Below are positions 20,845 through 30,515 of a DNA stretch of 64,000 nt, piece by piece; position 1 is the stretch's first letter, and each line of letters opens with the position of its first letter. The DNA is taken from positions 47,468 to 111,467 of IMG/VR virus record IMGVR_UViG_3300010998_000021; one strand, written 5' to 3'. Source of the stretch: a virus (lineage: Duplodnaviria; Caudoviricetes). A program made the translations under genes and the position numbers. A model generated the notes under the pieces. That model was not told the DNA's origin. It saw nothing but the letters and a program-made list of their open reading frames with translations, and ran no database searches.

Positions 20845-21450
20845 TTAAATAATATCGTCTATATCACAATCTATCCCAACTATATCTGTGACTACACCAA
20901 GTTTCTTTGCTTCTTCAGGATACATATACCATTCTTTTCTATATTGTTCCTGATATAAAGACTCTGAAATATGAGTTCTTGAAAGAACATAATCCATAAT
21001 ATGTTTTTCCATTTGATTGTTTTCAAATTCCATTCTGTCTTTTGCTTTGCTCATAGTATCATAAACAGAACTACTTCCTTCATGACAAAGGAACGTGGAA
21101 TTTATAGTGGCGTATCGTTTAGTACCTGAAAGAAATATTAAAAATCCCATAGAATAACTTGTGCCAATATTAACGGTGTATACAGGAGTTTTACTTGCGA
21201 CAACAGCATCAATGATTGCAAATCCATCACTCACAGAACCGCCAAGTGAGTTGATATAAATAAATATTGGTTTTCTATCTTCTATAGATTTACCTTTGTC
21301 ATCACGGTTATATTTCATAATCATATAAGTTATAGATTCGGATGTTGATTCATCGATAATGTTATTTATATAAATTGTCCTACACTCTCTATCATATAAC
21401 TCATCTAAATCACCTAAACAATAAGTTACTGTCTCTTTCATATTTTCCAT
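20845..21450 (-). CDS. clpP: ClpP-family protease
   Basis: IYINSLGGSV, SYSMG (catalytic Ser), FLCHE (His), AKKLGVVTDI. Confidence 0.85.
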   Translation of the reverse strand: MENMKETVTYCLGDLDELYDRECRTIYINNIIDESTSESITYMIMKYNRDDKGKSIEDRKPIFIYINSLGGSVSDGFAIIDAVVASKTPVYTVNIGTSYSMGFLIFLSGTKRYATINSTFLCHEGSSSVYDTMSKAKDRMEFENNQMEKHIMDYVLSRTHISESLYQEQYRKEWYMYPEEAKKLGVVTDIVGIDCDIDDII

Positions 21451-21461
21451 TATCTCTTCTC

Positions 21462-22904
21462 CTATATATAAACAACCATTTCTTTATTGGCGCAAACGAC
21501 CTTATATGTCTTGTTATTTTTAGATATTTGTTCTCTAAGATTTTCTGCCAAGCAACATTTAGAAGATTCAGAACCATGCACAAGTATGAGTTTAGTTGTA
21601 TTTAATGAACTCCCGTATTTAACAAGGTCATTATGATCTGCATGACTGCTAAATGTTGACAAAGAAATGCAGTCTGCTTTGTTCGGAATGCGCTCTTTGT
21701 TAATACTTATAGTAGAACGGTTGTTATAATTTTTAATTCTATATGAAAGATATGACGGATTATCACCGACATATCCTGAAAAAATAATCATGCTATTGGT
21801 ATTTTTAAGATGCTTTTTCAAATAATTAACAACTCTTCCGTTTGTACAAAAGCCAGAAGATGATATAACAATCTTTGGTTTGTTATCAGCGATGTAAGAC
21901 TGAGACAATGCCTTATCTGAAACAAATTTTACATGTTTCCATTTGCGAACTTTGTTCCATAAATTTAAATTTTCTCCGTCTAAAATGCACGAATATAAAT
22001 CACTTATTTCGCAACTAAGTTTTGAATCAACAATAATTTCAGTATTAAATGCATCATCATTATGGAACAGAATATATAGATTAGTCAGTAGTTCCTGTGT
22101 TCTACTAAAACTAAAACAAGGAAGGATAACACTTCCTTTTCGCTCGATAACTGTATTGATTGCCACCCTTAAATGTTCTAAATCAAATTGTCTACTTTTC
22201 TTTGATAATCGCTTATCACTCCCATATGTAGATTCACAAATTGTAACATCTGAAAAAGCGTCTGGTATTTCTGTATTTGGAACGTAATGATTATCAGTTT
22301 TTAATGAACCTAAGTCTGAAGTATATAATATCTTTTTGGTTTTTAATTTTCCTTTCAGTATTAGCTGTAATTGCGCTGCGCCTATACAATGCGAATTTTT
22401 TAACCATTGAAAGCCAACTGTATCATTAAGATTTATTATCGTATTATAATCATCGTATTCATACACAAGTTTCATTGTTTCTATTACATCATTTTCTGTA
22501 TAAAGCGGATTGTATACTCTATGGTATTTCTTAGATAATAGTCGTGCTTCTTCATTCAAGATATATGAACTATTTAAAAGAAGTGACTTCATTATTTTTG
22601 CTGTATTACTTGTGACTATTATTTTCCCACTGAACCCTTCTTTGACAAGCCGAGGAATTAAACCAGTGTGGTCTATGTGAGCATGGCATACAAATACGAA
22701 GTCAATATCTTTTGGATTAAACTTAAATTTTTCACTATTAATCCTATAGCTGTCTAAATAGTCATTGCTACTTGACTGGTAGAGTCCACATTCAAGAAGT
22801 ATTTGACAATCACCAAATCTGACAAGGTACTGCGATCCAGTTACTTCTATTGACGATTGACCTAAGAAGTATATGCCATCACGTTTATATTTCTTTTTTG
22901 CCAT
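21462..22904 (-). CDS. Metallo-beta-lactamase beta-CASP nuclease (YSH1/CPSF73-like)
   Basis: EVTGS, HAHIDH, SHCIG, YTSDLG, ESTYG, FSFSRTQE, FSSHAD, LVHG. Confidence 0.9.
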   Translation of the reverse strand: MAKKKYKRDGIYFLGQSSIEVTGSQYLVRFGDCQILLECGLYQSSSNDYLDSYRINSEKFKFNPKDIDFVFVCHAHIDHTGLIPRLVKEGFSGKIIVTSNTAKIMKSLLLNSSYILNEEARLLSKKYHRVYNPLYTENDVIETMKLVYEYDDYNTIINLNDTVGFQWLKNSHCIGAAQLQLILKGKLKTKKILYTSDLGSLKTDNHYVPNTEIPDAFSDVTICESTYGSDKRLSKKSRQFDLEHLRVAINTVIERKGSVILPCFSFSRTQELLTNLYILFHNDDAFNTEIIVDSKLSCEISDLYSCILDGENLNLWNKVRKWKHVKFVSDKALSQSYIADNKPKIVISSSGFCTNGRVVNYLKKHLKNTNSMIIFSGYVGDNPSYLSYRIKNYNNRSTISINKERIPNKADCISLSTFSSHADHNDLVKYGSSLNTTKLILVHGSESSKCCLAENLREQISKNNKTYKVVCANKEMVVYI

Positions 22905-22938
22905 ACAATTACCGCCTATTATTTCGTAATTTTTAAAA

Positions 22939-23028
22939 CGGCGAGAGTAGGATTTGAACCCACGAACCGCTCAACACGGTTTTCTGTTTTCAAGACAGAC
23001 GCTTTAAACCAAACTCAGCCATCTCGCC
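22939..23028 (-). tRNA. tRNA-Ser(TGA)
   Basis: GGCGAGA/TCTCGCC acceptor, CTTGAAA loop, long variable arm, GTTCAAAT T-loop. Confidence 0.9.
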
Positions 23029-23039
23029 AATCTGATAAA

Positions 23040-23124
23040 TGGGTAGAGTAGGAGTCGAACCTACGATGTTTCCAATGTGCCAGATTTACAGTCTGGTGCA
23101 ATCGCCAACTATGCATACCTACCC
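23040..23124 (-). tRNA. tRNA-Tyr(GTA)
   Basis: CCAGA-CTGTAAA-TCTGG anticodon arm and GTTCGACT T-loop. Confidence 0.9.
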
Positions 23125-23131
23125 ATGAATA

Positions 23132-23567
23132 AATGCATAGCGTCTTTATAGAAAACTGAATAAATATAATCCAACCAATTATCATTGATAATACGTAGTA
23201 GTTTGTTACGTTCTATCAATTATCTTCTAAGCACTCAAATATAGAATTATCCAATAAATAAGAATAATAAAAGACTGTATCGCTGGTTGAATTATCGAAT
23301 ATTGTAAGAATGGATTCTGAAAGTGAGTAGGACGTATAACGGAAAGCGCGAAACGCTTATCGATGTGTTTTGCATATAACCTATCTGATATTTTCCCAAT
23401 CCAAATCTATGAAAATTATCGGGCTTGTTGTTCATCAAACATAAATTTTTTAAATGTAAAACAGATTTACATGGCATAAGGGATACCGCCCACGCAGCCT
23501 TATATTTCATCTGCGTCTGAAACGATTGAATTACAAAATTCAGTTCTCAATAAAGACACTATGCATT
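23132..23567 (-). ncRNA. Candidate large structured RNA
   Basis: 30-bp terminal inverted repeat (23132-23161 with 23538-23567); two of three mismatches are G.U pairs on the minus strand; five GATAATT copies inside. Confidence 0.55.
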
Positions 23568-23623
23568 ACTCCAAATATTGAAATGTTATAATTCCATAAA
23601 TGGAAATTTCTTGTTATATCTAT

Positions 23624-24259
23624 TTATGAATTTAAATTTTTAGCATATGATTCAACAACATCCTCGAAACTTTCACCGATTTCAAAGATTGGCTCATAGT
23701 CAACTTTTGAATGTAGTTGCATTTCATCAATGGCATCTGATGTTTCATCTAATTCATGTCTAAGCCGTGAAATCTTACCCTTGATTAAATTCCTATCGAA
23801 ATCAATGGTTGTTACTTGCTCTATATCATATTTGTACTGGACTTGTTCACCGTCTGCATTAAACTTATCAGATTCGCCTTTTATAGTAGACTCTGATGCT
23901 TTCAATCCTGCCATTGTTTCATAAGTCCTTAGTATATTTCTCTTTTTATTATTCATAGCAATCATGGCATCATAAGATTTATCTTCGTATGATTTTGCCT
24001 TATTTATTGCATGTGTTAGATAATCAATCTCGTTGACAAGAATATCTATAAAGCTAACAAGATCATTGATTCCATATGGATGTTCAACTTGTTTCTTTAC
24101 AACAATTACTTCATCTGTTGCTTCTGAATAAGATTTTTTACGAAGATGTTTCTGTGTCGTAGTTGTAATATTGTCTCGATAAGATAATACTGATAATGCA
24201 CTACTGAGCAATTCTGATAAGTAATTCTGATACTCGAATGATTTCTTTAACGTAATCAT
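23624..24259 (-). CDS. Conserved coiled-coil hypothetical protein directly upstream of the candidate RNA
   Basis: 211 aa, strong SD AGGAGG; MITLKKSFEYQN...FNADGEQVQYKYD...TTIDFDR. Confidence 0.7.
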   Translation of the reverse strand: MITLKKSFEYQNYLSELLSSALSVLSYRDNITTTTQKHLRKKSYSEATDEVIVVKKQVEHPYGINDLVSFIDILVNEIDYLTHAINKAKSYEDKSYDAMIAMNNKKRNILRTYETMAGLKASESTIKGESDKFNADGEQVQYKYDIEQVTTIDFDRNLIKGKISRLRHELDETSDAIDEMQLHSKVDYEPIFEIGESFEDVVESYAKNLNS

Positions 24260-24511
24260 TTCTTTCCTCCTGACTCATATATTGTTATAACTATTTATTC
24301 AAAACTTTTCTGAAAGCGCACCCGATACAGAGCGAATCCTACACCGAGTACGCAAACAAGAAAAGAGAGAGATAAAGAAAGTGAAAGGGCAATCATATAT
24401 TCCCTTCATATCACGGAATTATAAAAGTGTTAAAGTACACGTTAAAAAACACGCAAAAATAGCCACTTTGAAGCAATATAGAAAATTATTGAGTAAAATT
24501 GCTGTGCGGAA

Positions 24512-25378
24512 TTATTTTGAATTATTTCTTGAACGTTGTTTTCTTTCTCTGTCTTTTGCTTTTCTATATTCAGACTGACATTTTTGACAACGAACGGTTT
24601 TATTATTTGTTGAACTAACTATAAATGCATTACCACAGTCAACACACGTAACTACTTTTGTTTTAATTGGTGTGTATGTAGCACAGCAATCGCAATATTT
24701 CTTGTTATGAAATTTATTATCTTTTACAAGTCTGCCACATTCTGCACACCTTATAAAGTCACCACCTTGATATAAAAGATATTCATTTCCAAGTTCTCTA
24801 AAATCTGATATATGTAATGTCTTTTCATCATCGTCATCTATAAACAAAACTTGTAAATTGAGGTTATCAATTCTATTCGCAAATTTTACCATGCCTTTTC
24901 GTATAAGATCACCGATGCGCTTTGCCCTTAATTTATTAGCACATTTAACACCAGCCATATCAAATATATCCTTAATTTCAAAATTAACCCAATTATTATT
25001 TTTTGCAAACTTTTGATTTTGATATTTTGCAAGACACAACATAGTAAAAGCAAGTTTTTCGAGAATCGTGTTTTTTAATTCAGATATCGTTTTTAATTCA
25101 CATTTTGTTACCCATACACCATCTGATTCAAATAGTGGATATTTATTTATAGTTGCAACAATTTTTTCTATTGTGTCACTCCATTCACCCATGCTTGCAG
25201 TATATCTTGGATAAGTAGATTTTAAAAAATCGTGTAACATTGTGCGTATTTCTTTCTTTTTTATGCCGATACTATAATAGTATTTAGCAAGAATAATAAC
25301 AGTAATGTATGGATTGTCACCAATATCATTTTTTCTTAACCGCTCATTCGCATATTCACTTTCGTTAAGTATAATCAT
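24512..25378 (-). CDS. Hypothetical protein with C-terminal Zn ribbons (RNA polymerase-associated position)
   Basis: CAECG...CDCC...CVDCG...CQKC; downstream of the RNAP gene. Confidence 0.6.
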   Translation of the reverse strand: MIILNESEYANERLRKNDIGDNPYITVIILAKYYYSIGIKKKEIRTMLHDFLKSTYPRYTASMGEWSDTIEKIVATINKYPLFESDGVWVTKCELKTISELKNTILEKLAFTMLCLAKYQNQKFAKNNNWVNFEIKDIFDMAGVKCANKLRAKRIGDLIRKGMVKFANRIDNLNLQVLFIDDDDEKTLHISDFRELGNEYLLYQGGDFIRCAECGRLVKDNKFHNKKYCDCCATYTPIKTKVVTCVDCGNAFIVSSTNNKTVRCQKCQSEYRKAKDRERKQRSRNNSK

Positions 25379-25385
25379 TTAAGAA

Positions 25386-26291
25386 TTACTCCTTTACTGA
25401 ATTTAAATTTTTCATAGTAATAATATCGTTCTTTAACATCCTCAAAATATCACTGTCATCTTTGTTTCTGAAATTTTCTGTAATCCTAAAATCATCTATA
25501 TTATCTTTTAAAATATTTTTCTGTTTATTTAATATGGCTTTAACCTTACAAATTTTAACATAATCCGTCTTACTATTAATATCTGGATGAACACGAAATT
25601 CTCCATCAAATATCGAATATACAAATTTTAATCCATAACCAATTCTCAATTCGGATATATCATCAAAATCAAAATCAAAATCATCATTTACACCATATAA
25701 GGCTTTTAGATAAAAGATGAATGATTTTGTTGCTGACAATGTATTAAACGCCTCTTCTGTAATCTGCACAGTATCGTCACTGTCAATATCGACAAAGATT
25801 AAACCAGAATATCGTGTTGTGTTAAATCTATGATATACATTCAAAATCAAATCATTTTCATCAAAATAGCGTTTAGTATCATCGCAATTAAAGACATCGT
25901 TCCTACATCTTGAATAATTTAGCAACCCCTTGTTATATATATTTACATAACTGTTATTATTCATCAATTCTGTGTCTAAAAAATATTTCTGAACAAAAAC
26001 ATCAGAATCACATTCTGCAACGTTATAACCATACAGAGGGTTATTTGTGAAATATCTGCGTATCATTTTTGTCTCAACAGACTTAGCTTCTTTTTCTGTA
26101 TTAAACTCACCTATTAAAATATGTTCAATATTTTGCCATCCATATTTTTGGATAGCATTCCATATAAGAGGTTGATAACTGTAACCAATTCCATTTTTCC
26201 CAAATCTCGTATTTAAATCTTTGCACGTATATCCATAATACCTTTTTCCATTTGGAAACAGATGAAGATAAACTTTATGCTTATTATTCAA
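25386..26291 (-). CDS. GIY-YIG domain protein (putative homing endonuclease)
   Basis: VYLHLFPNGKRYYGYT...R...AIQKYGW...E...I...NPLYGYN. Confidence 0.7.
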   Translation of the reverse strand: MNNKHKVYLHLFPNGKRYYGYTCKDLNTRFGKNGIGYSYQPLIWNAIQKYGWQNIEHILIGEFNTEKEAKSVETKMIRRYFTNNPLYGYNVAECDSDVFVQKYFLDTELMNNNSYVNIYNKGLLNYSRCRNDVFNCDDTKRYFDENDLILNVYHRFNTTRYSGLIFVDIDSDDTVQITEEAFNTLSATKSFIFYLKALYGVNDDFDFDFDDISELRIGYGLKFVYSIFDGEFRVHPDINSKTDYVKICKVKAILNKQKNILKDNIDDFRITENFRNKDDSDILRMLKNDIITMKNLNSVKE

Positions 26292-29049
26292 CTATTACCA
26301 CCTCTGTCTCTATCATAGAAAATCCAATTCCTTCATATTGAAAATCTGGATGTTCATCACAAAATTTAGGGAAACAGATTTTGTTGTTTTTGTGTTTCAA
26401 TAAGTTTTTAATAATTTGTTCACCACATATATCCCAAGCAAACTGTTTTGTTGAGTTTTTCCCATAACATATATCAAGAACTATATTACACAATTCTTCC
26501 TCATTGGTACATATCACTTCACATTCAGCACGAAAAACATCAGCTATTTTTTGTTTCTCTGCTGTAATATCGTCAAATCTTTCTAAACGCGCACGTTTAC
26601 GAAGTTTATCAAGTTTCATTATATATGTGTTATACATATTCATAATTTGATTATAGTTTGCTTTTGAATATGTCGTCTCTGATTTCATTATGTTATAATC
26701 AAATAAACTTGAATTATTTATCTTTCTCAAATAACCGCTGAACTCATTTTCAAAAATCCAACTAATCCTATTTACAACACATGGGTTATATCCAACTGGC
26801 AAGAGCATATAATAATAATTCAAAAATTCTTTTTCGTCTTTGGTTAATGAATTTGAAACCAATAATTCATCAATTCCTTTAGAGAATAACGAATATGATT
26901 TAAAATCTACATTCTTAACAAAAATATCGTATTCCTTTTTTAAATGTGGATAGACGTAAATCATAAAGTATGGTTTTCGATCAGCTACAATGCTCATATT
27001 AAAATGTTTCCGCTCTATGGTTTCTTTGTCATCACCATCTTTAACAACATTTGGTCTGCGGCTATACCATTCATCTGGCATCGGCTTTGCAATAATTCCT
27101 TTTGCCCTGTCGATTGTACATTGCTGATAATGCTGACCACACATAATCCTATCGCTTAATTCGTTATATGCTTCGTCTGTTAATTCGGCATTTGCCTGTC
27201 TTTCAATCATTGTTGTTACACGATTAGTAACTGTCCCTATGTCATCATTAAAAGCTAACTTGTTAGAAGCTATAATGGATTTATCATCTGGAATTACCTT
27301 ATCAGCCTTATGTTGCACACATACTATAGTTGGAGAGTTTTTCGTCCTGCGAAGAATAATCGGATTATCTGTATCCATATTAGTATCGCCATCTTTGTCT
27401 TGTCCGTTCATGGCGTCACAAGTTGTATCCCATGCGTTCAGAATAATAGCAGTAGTGATGTACTGATACCAATGCTTTACATTTTCGTCTGCATTCAGTT
27501 TTAACTTGCGTATATTATTATGGCATGTCATAGGCGCACGAAAACACGACAATTCTTTAGAACCTTTATCAATCCAGTATTTATGATATAGTTCTCCTGA
27601 TTTTAATAACCCTGTCACTTCCAAGCCATACATGCTCTGACATAGTGCATAAGGATCACCAGAAATCATAGCATAATTTGCTTCAATAGATATTACGCCT
27701 TTTTTGGCATCGTTAATCCGCTTGCTAATCATGGTCATGATACGCTTATGAACAAACGGATCGTTTATCATTTGAGGTTCAATCATCAATGCGCGAGAAA
27801 CATAATCAAAGTTCTCAGAGCCAAAACCAGCAAACACATTTTTGCTGTTTAATCCCATTCCGCAAAGAAACACGATTGCTTTCCTATAATCCATGCCGAA
27901 TATATCTTTAATGCTGTCGATTGTCGGTTTGCAAAGTTCATATAGTTCAGCATCATCAAATTCATAGCTCTGTAAAAATTGATAATTTGTATTGTGGATG
28001 TGTTCTAATTCCATAGGAGTTGTCTTTGTCGCAGAAAACTCATAGTGGTTATTCTGACAGTTTTTGTAGAAATCCTCCCAATTTTTATAACCATCCCATA
28101 GTTTTAGCATTGACGTTGTAAGTATCACATCTGCTTCTCTGACATCGCGATCATCGCCCCATGCGTCCTTGATAATATAAGTTCCTGCGACCTTTTCCGC
28201 GAACTCTACAAAGTCAAAAGTATAAACCATTCCTTTTGTCCACGCATAGCGACAAGTAAATCCAGATAAGGTTTCATCTTCAATATCGTTTAAGAAAAGA
28301 TTTATCTTCTTTGAATATTCTGGTGACATCAAGCCATAGCCATCAGAATCGTTGTGTTCGATTTCATAATTTTCAACATGTGTTAATGTTGGTTTTCCTT
28401 CATTGGCATCATCTATAAGAATTACATTGTCCGTAAAATGTGTAATACAGTCATTAACTACAATAATTCCTTTCGGTTCTGGAAGTGCTACAGAGCCAGA
28501 ACACACAAGAGCCTGATATGCCTCTAATTTTGCAGGAACTAAAAGCTGCTCTTTATTTCGTCCATTATCAATTCTTTCCTGAAGCTGGTCATGAAGTCTT
28601 TTACTTACATAGACGATAGTTGAATTTTTAATTCCCCCGTTTGTTCCAAGAAGTCTTTTATATTCAACACCGTTTACAGTGAAACCTTTTGAGTTCAGGA
28701 GATCATAATCTTTATTACTATCCATAACCACACAGAGATAATCTTTTTGATATTGGATATCGTAGAGCGTTTGATATAAATTGCGAATTAATGCTTTTGT
28801 TTCGGGTGAACGCTTTCTCTTTTTTACCTGTTTCATTTTCCGTTTGATTTCTTTTGCTTTATCGTCAGAATCCAATGCGTTATTAAACTCATCAATGAAG
28901 CGCAAAATCTGGCTGTCGTTTAAAGATATGATACACTCTGGATAATCGCGCATGGCAACATCTAAAGGAAGTTCATATTTATAATTTGATTTCCTTATGT
29001 CTCTTGAATGTAATTTATAAACAAACTTATGGCATCGTTTTTGTTCTAT
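26284..29049 (-). CDS. Single-subunit phage RNA polymerase related to eukaryotic RdRPs (YonO-like)
   Basis: Catalytic GQDKDGD (DxDGD), CFRAP, SDGYG and IDRAKG motifs; the frame extends 32 codons upstream of the tracked ATG (28953) to an ATA preceded by SD GGGAGGT. Confidence 0.85.
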   Translation of the reverse strand: MEQKRCHKFVYKLHSRDIRKSNYKYELPLDVAMRDYPECIISLNDSQILRFIDEFNNALDSDDKAKEIKRKMKQVKKRKRSPETKALIRNLYQTLYDIQYQKDYLCVVMDSNKDYDLLNSKGFTVNGVEYKRLLGTNGGIKNSTIVYVSKRLHDQLQERIDNGRNKEQLLVPAKLEAYQALVCSGSVALPEPKGIIVVNDCITHFTDNVILIDDANEGKPTLTHVENYEIEHNDSDGYGLMSPEYSKKINLFLNDIEDETLSGFTCRYAWTKGMVYTFDFVEFAEKVAGTYIIKDAWGDDRDVREADVILTTSMLKLWDGYKNWEDFYKNCQNNHYEFSATKTTPMELEHIHNTNYQFLQSYEFDDAELYELCKPTIDSIKDIFGMDYRKAIVFLCGMGLNSKNVFAGFGSENFDYVSRALMIEPQMINDPFVHKRIMTMISKRINDAKKGVISIEANYAMISGDPYALCQSMYGLEVTGLLKSGELYHKYWIDKGSKELSCFRAPMTCHNNIRKLKLNADENVKHWYQYITTAIILNAWDTTCDAMNGQDKDGDTNMDTDNPIILRRTKNSPTIVCVQHKADKVIPDDKSIIASNKLAFNDDIGTVTNRVTTMIERQANAELTDEAYNELSDRIMCGQHYQQCTIDRAKGIIAKPMPDEWYSRRPNVVKDGDDKETIERKHFNMSIVADRKPYFMIYVYPHLKKEYDIFVKNVDFKSYSLFSKGIDELLVSNSLTKDEKEFLNYYYMLLPVGYNPCVVNRISWIFENEFSGYLRKINNSSLFDYNIMKSETTYSKANYNQIMNMYNTYIMKLDKLRKRARLERFDDITAEKQKIADVFRAECEVICTNEEELCNIVLDICYGKNSTKQFAWDICGEQIIKNLLKHKNNKICFPKFCDEHPDFQYEGIGFSMIETEVVIVE

Positions 29050-29172
29050 AGCTGTTACCTCCCAAAAATCTATTATTTAATGTAAGAAAATAAACGTATA
29101 TGCATTAGCCGTGTATTTCCCTGTCTAATCGTAGATATATAGATTTTTCTTGTTTACTAACAACGAAATTCA

Positions 29173-29493
29173 TCATAGATTTGATTCTGATTGCTTTCTT
29201 TCCCTTGCATCTGCCAATGCTTTAGCAACCTTCGCTTTATTATCATCTGTCATCTTTTTCTTTTTGCTCCGACCAAATACAAGTTGTTTCGGCGCAACGT
29301 ATGTTTTCGATACAACGTCACCACCGCATCTTCCCACACCTTCAAATTCCCAATCGCCGGATTCAACATATTTGTCGTACTTTCTCATCATGGTTGTATC
29401 GCTTGTATAAATGGATGCATTTGATTCATCCCTATACCATCGAATGATAGTTTCCTGTTCGTTCATTGGCGTATTTATTTCAACCACCTCCAA
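29173..29493 (-). CDS. Small conserved hypothetical protein
   Basis: EQETII...ASIYTSD....K..K pattern; basic C-terminus. Confidence 0.55.
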   Translation of the reverse strand: MEVVEINTPMNEQETIIRWYRDESNASIYTSDTTMMRKYDKYVESGDWEFEGVGRCGGDVVSKTYVAPKQLVFGRSKKKKMTDDNKAKVAKALADARERKQSESNL

Positions 29494-29507
29494 ATAATTA
29501 TGTTGTA

Positions 29508-30215
29508 TTATTTATTCGACATACTATTTCTGATTTGATAATTTCTTATAGCTTGCTTTACTCTCATCATTTCTACTTCATAAATATATGTACTGTCATC
29601 CATGCCTTTAATATATCTGTGCTTATCGACAAATATTGTGAATCCTGAATGCCACTTGTTATTGCAGTCTTTGTGCCTTGCTGTTTGGCTTATTGAAATA
29701 ATGTCAAGTTCTTCTAATAGTCTCATGCTTCTTCTTAAAGACCGATAATCCAACACAGGTATCTTTTCTGCAATGTTCTCCATTCTGTCAAAATATGACG
29801 AATTGTAAATATTCATTCTGATGTAAGACAAGAGCAAAAGCGCAGATGCTTTTGTAATTGTTTTAGAGTTATTTATGACAGAATTAAACTCATTGCTATA
29901 TATTATTGCATAAGTCAATGGATTATTAAAAAGAGGGAGAGTAGTAAAGTATATTAAGCCAGATTCTATAGTAAGGTCTTTTATATACGTTCCGTTTAAA
30001 TTGATTAGAAAACTCTTAACCTCGTCATTGATTTTGTTTTTATGCCTGTTCGGTTTATAACCACATATGGCATCAAACTCTTTGAAACTCGTTTGTACCG
30101 TTCCTTGTTTGATTAATGTTTGGATAGCAAGCGTGAACATCACTCGCTTTTTCCCGAACTGATTATTAAGGATGATCGCAGATGGCACTTTTAATGATTG
30201 TACTTTTAATTCCAT
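29508..30215 (-). CDS. Putative replication initiator/wHTH DNA-binding protein
   Basis: LLLSYIR...IAEKI...RSLRRS...LEELDII wHTH-like pattern; adjacent to AT-rich repeats. Confidence 0.45.
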   Translation of the reverse strand: MELKVQSLKVPSAIILNNQFGKKRVMFTLAIQTLIKQGTVQTSFKEFDAICGYKPNRHKNKINDEVKSFLINLNGTYIKDLTIESGLIYFTTLPLFNNPLTYAIIYSNEFNSVINNSKTITKASALLLLSYIRMNIYNSSYFDRMENIAEKIPVLDYRSLRRSMRLLEELDIISISQTARHKDCNNKWHSGFTIFVDKHRYIKGMDDSTYIYEVEMMRVKQAIRNYQIRNSMSNK

Positions 30216-30249
30216 TGATAAACGTAGGTGTGACCAAAATGTACACTCT

Positions 30250-30416
30250 ATAATATATATACAAGTATATATATATTCACTTATATAAATGTATATAATA
30301 TATTAATGTCTATCTCGTTCATATATATATACTTGTACTCTTTAACAAGCATATATATTTACTATACGATTATATAGAATATATTAATGTATAACACGTA
30401 AATATATATACTTGTA
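30250..30416. repeat. AT-rich tract with three TACAAGTATATATAT copies (one forward, two inverted)
   Basis: tacaagtatatatat near 30260; atatatatacttgta near 30323 and 30402. Confidence 0.6.
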
Positions 30417-30460
30417 AAATCCGGCTGAGAATAAGTATTCAGCATGATTGAAAACCAACA

Positions 30461-30515
30461 GTAGAATATATGTTCTACTATGACAGTTTATCACATACCG
30501 AATATACATGTCAAT
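30461..30515 (-). promoter_or_regulatory. Leftward sigmaA promoter with a LexA-type box just downstream
   Basis: Minus strand TTGACA...TGATAAACT; palindrome GTAGAATATATGTTCTAC (GAAT-N4-GTTC, one mismatch to the Firmicute GAAC-N4-GTTC box). Confidence 0.55.

Noticed and set aside
23292-23510. 72-aa minus-strand ORF inside the candidate ncRNA
   Set aside because: No SD and atypical composition; the region is better explained by RNA structure, although coding is not strictly excluded
26284-29049. RNA-dependent RNA polymerase function
   Set aside because: The RdRP-like DxDGD family in SPbeta-type phages (YonO) is a DNA-dependent late RNA polymerase, and the gene context fits that
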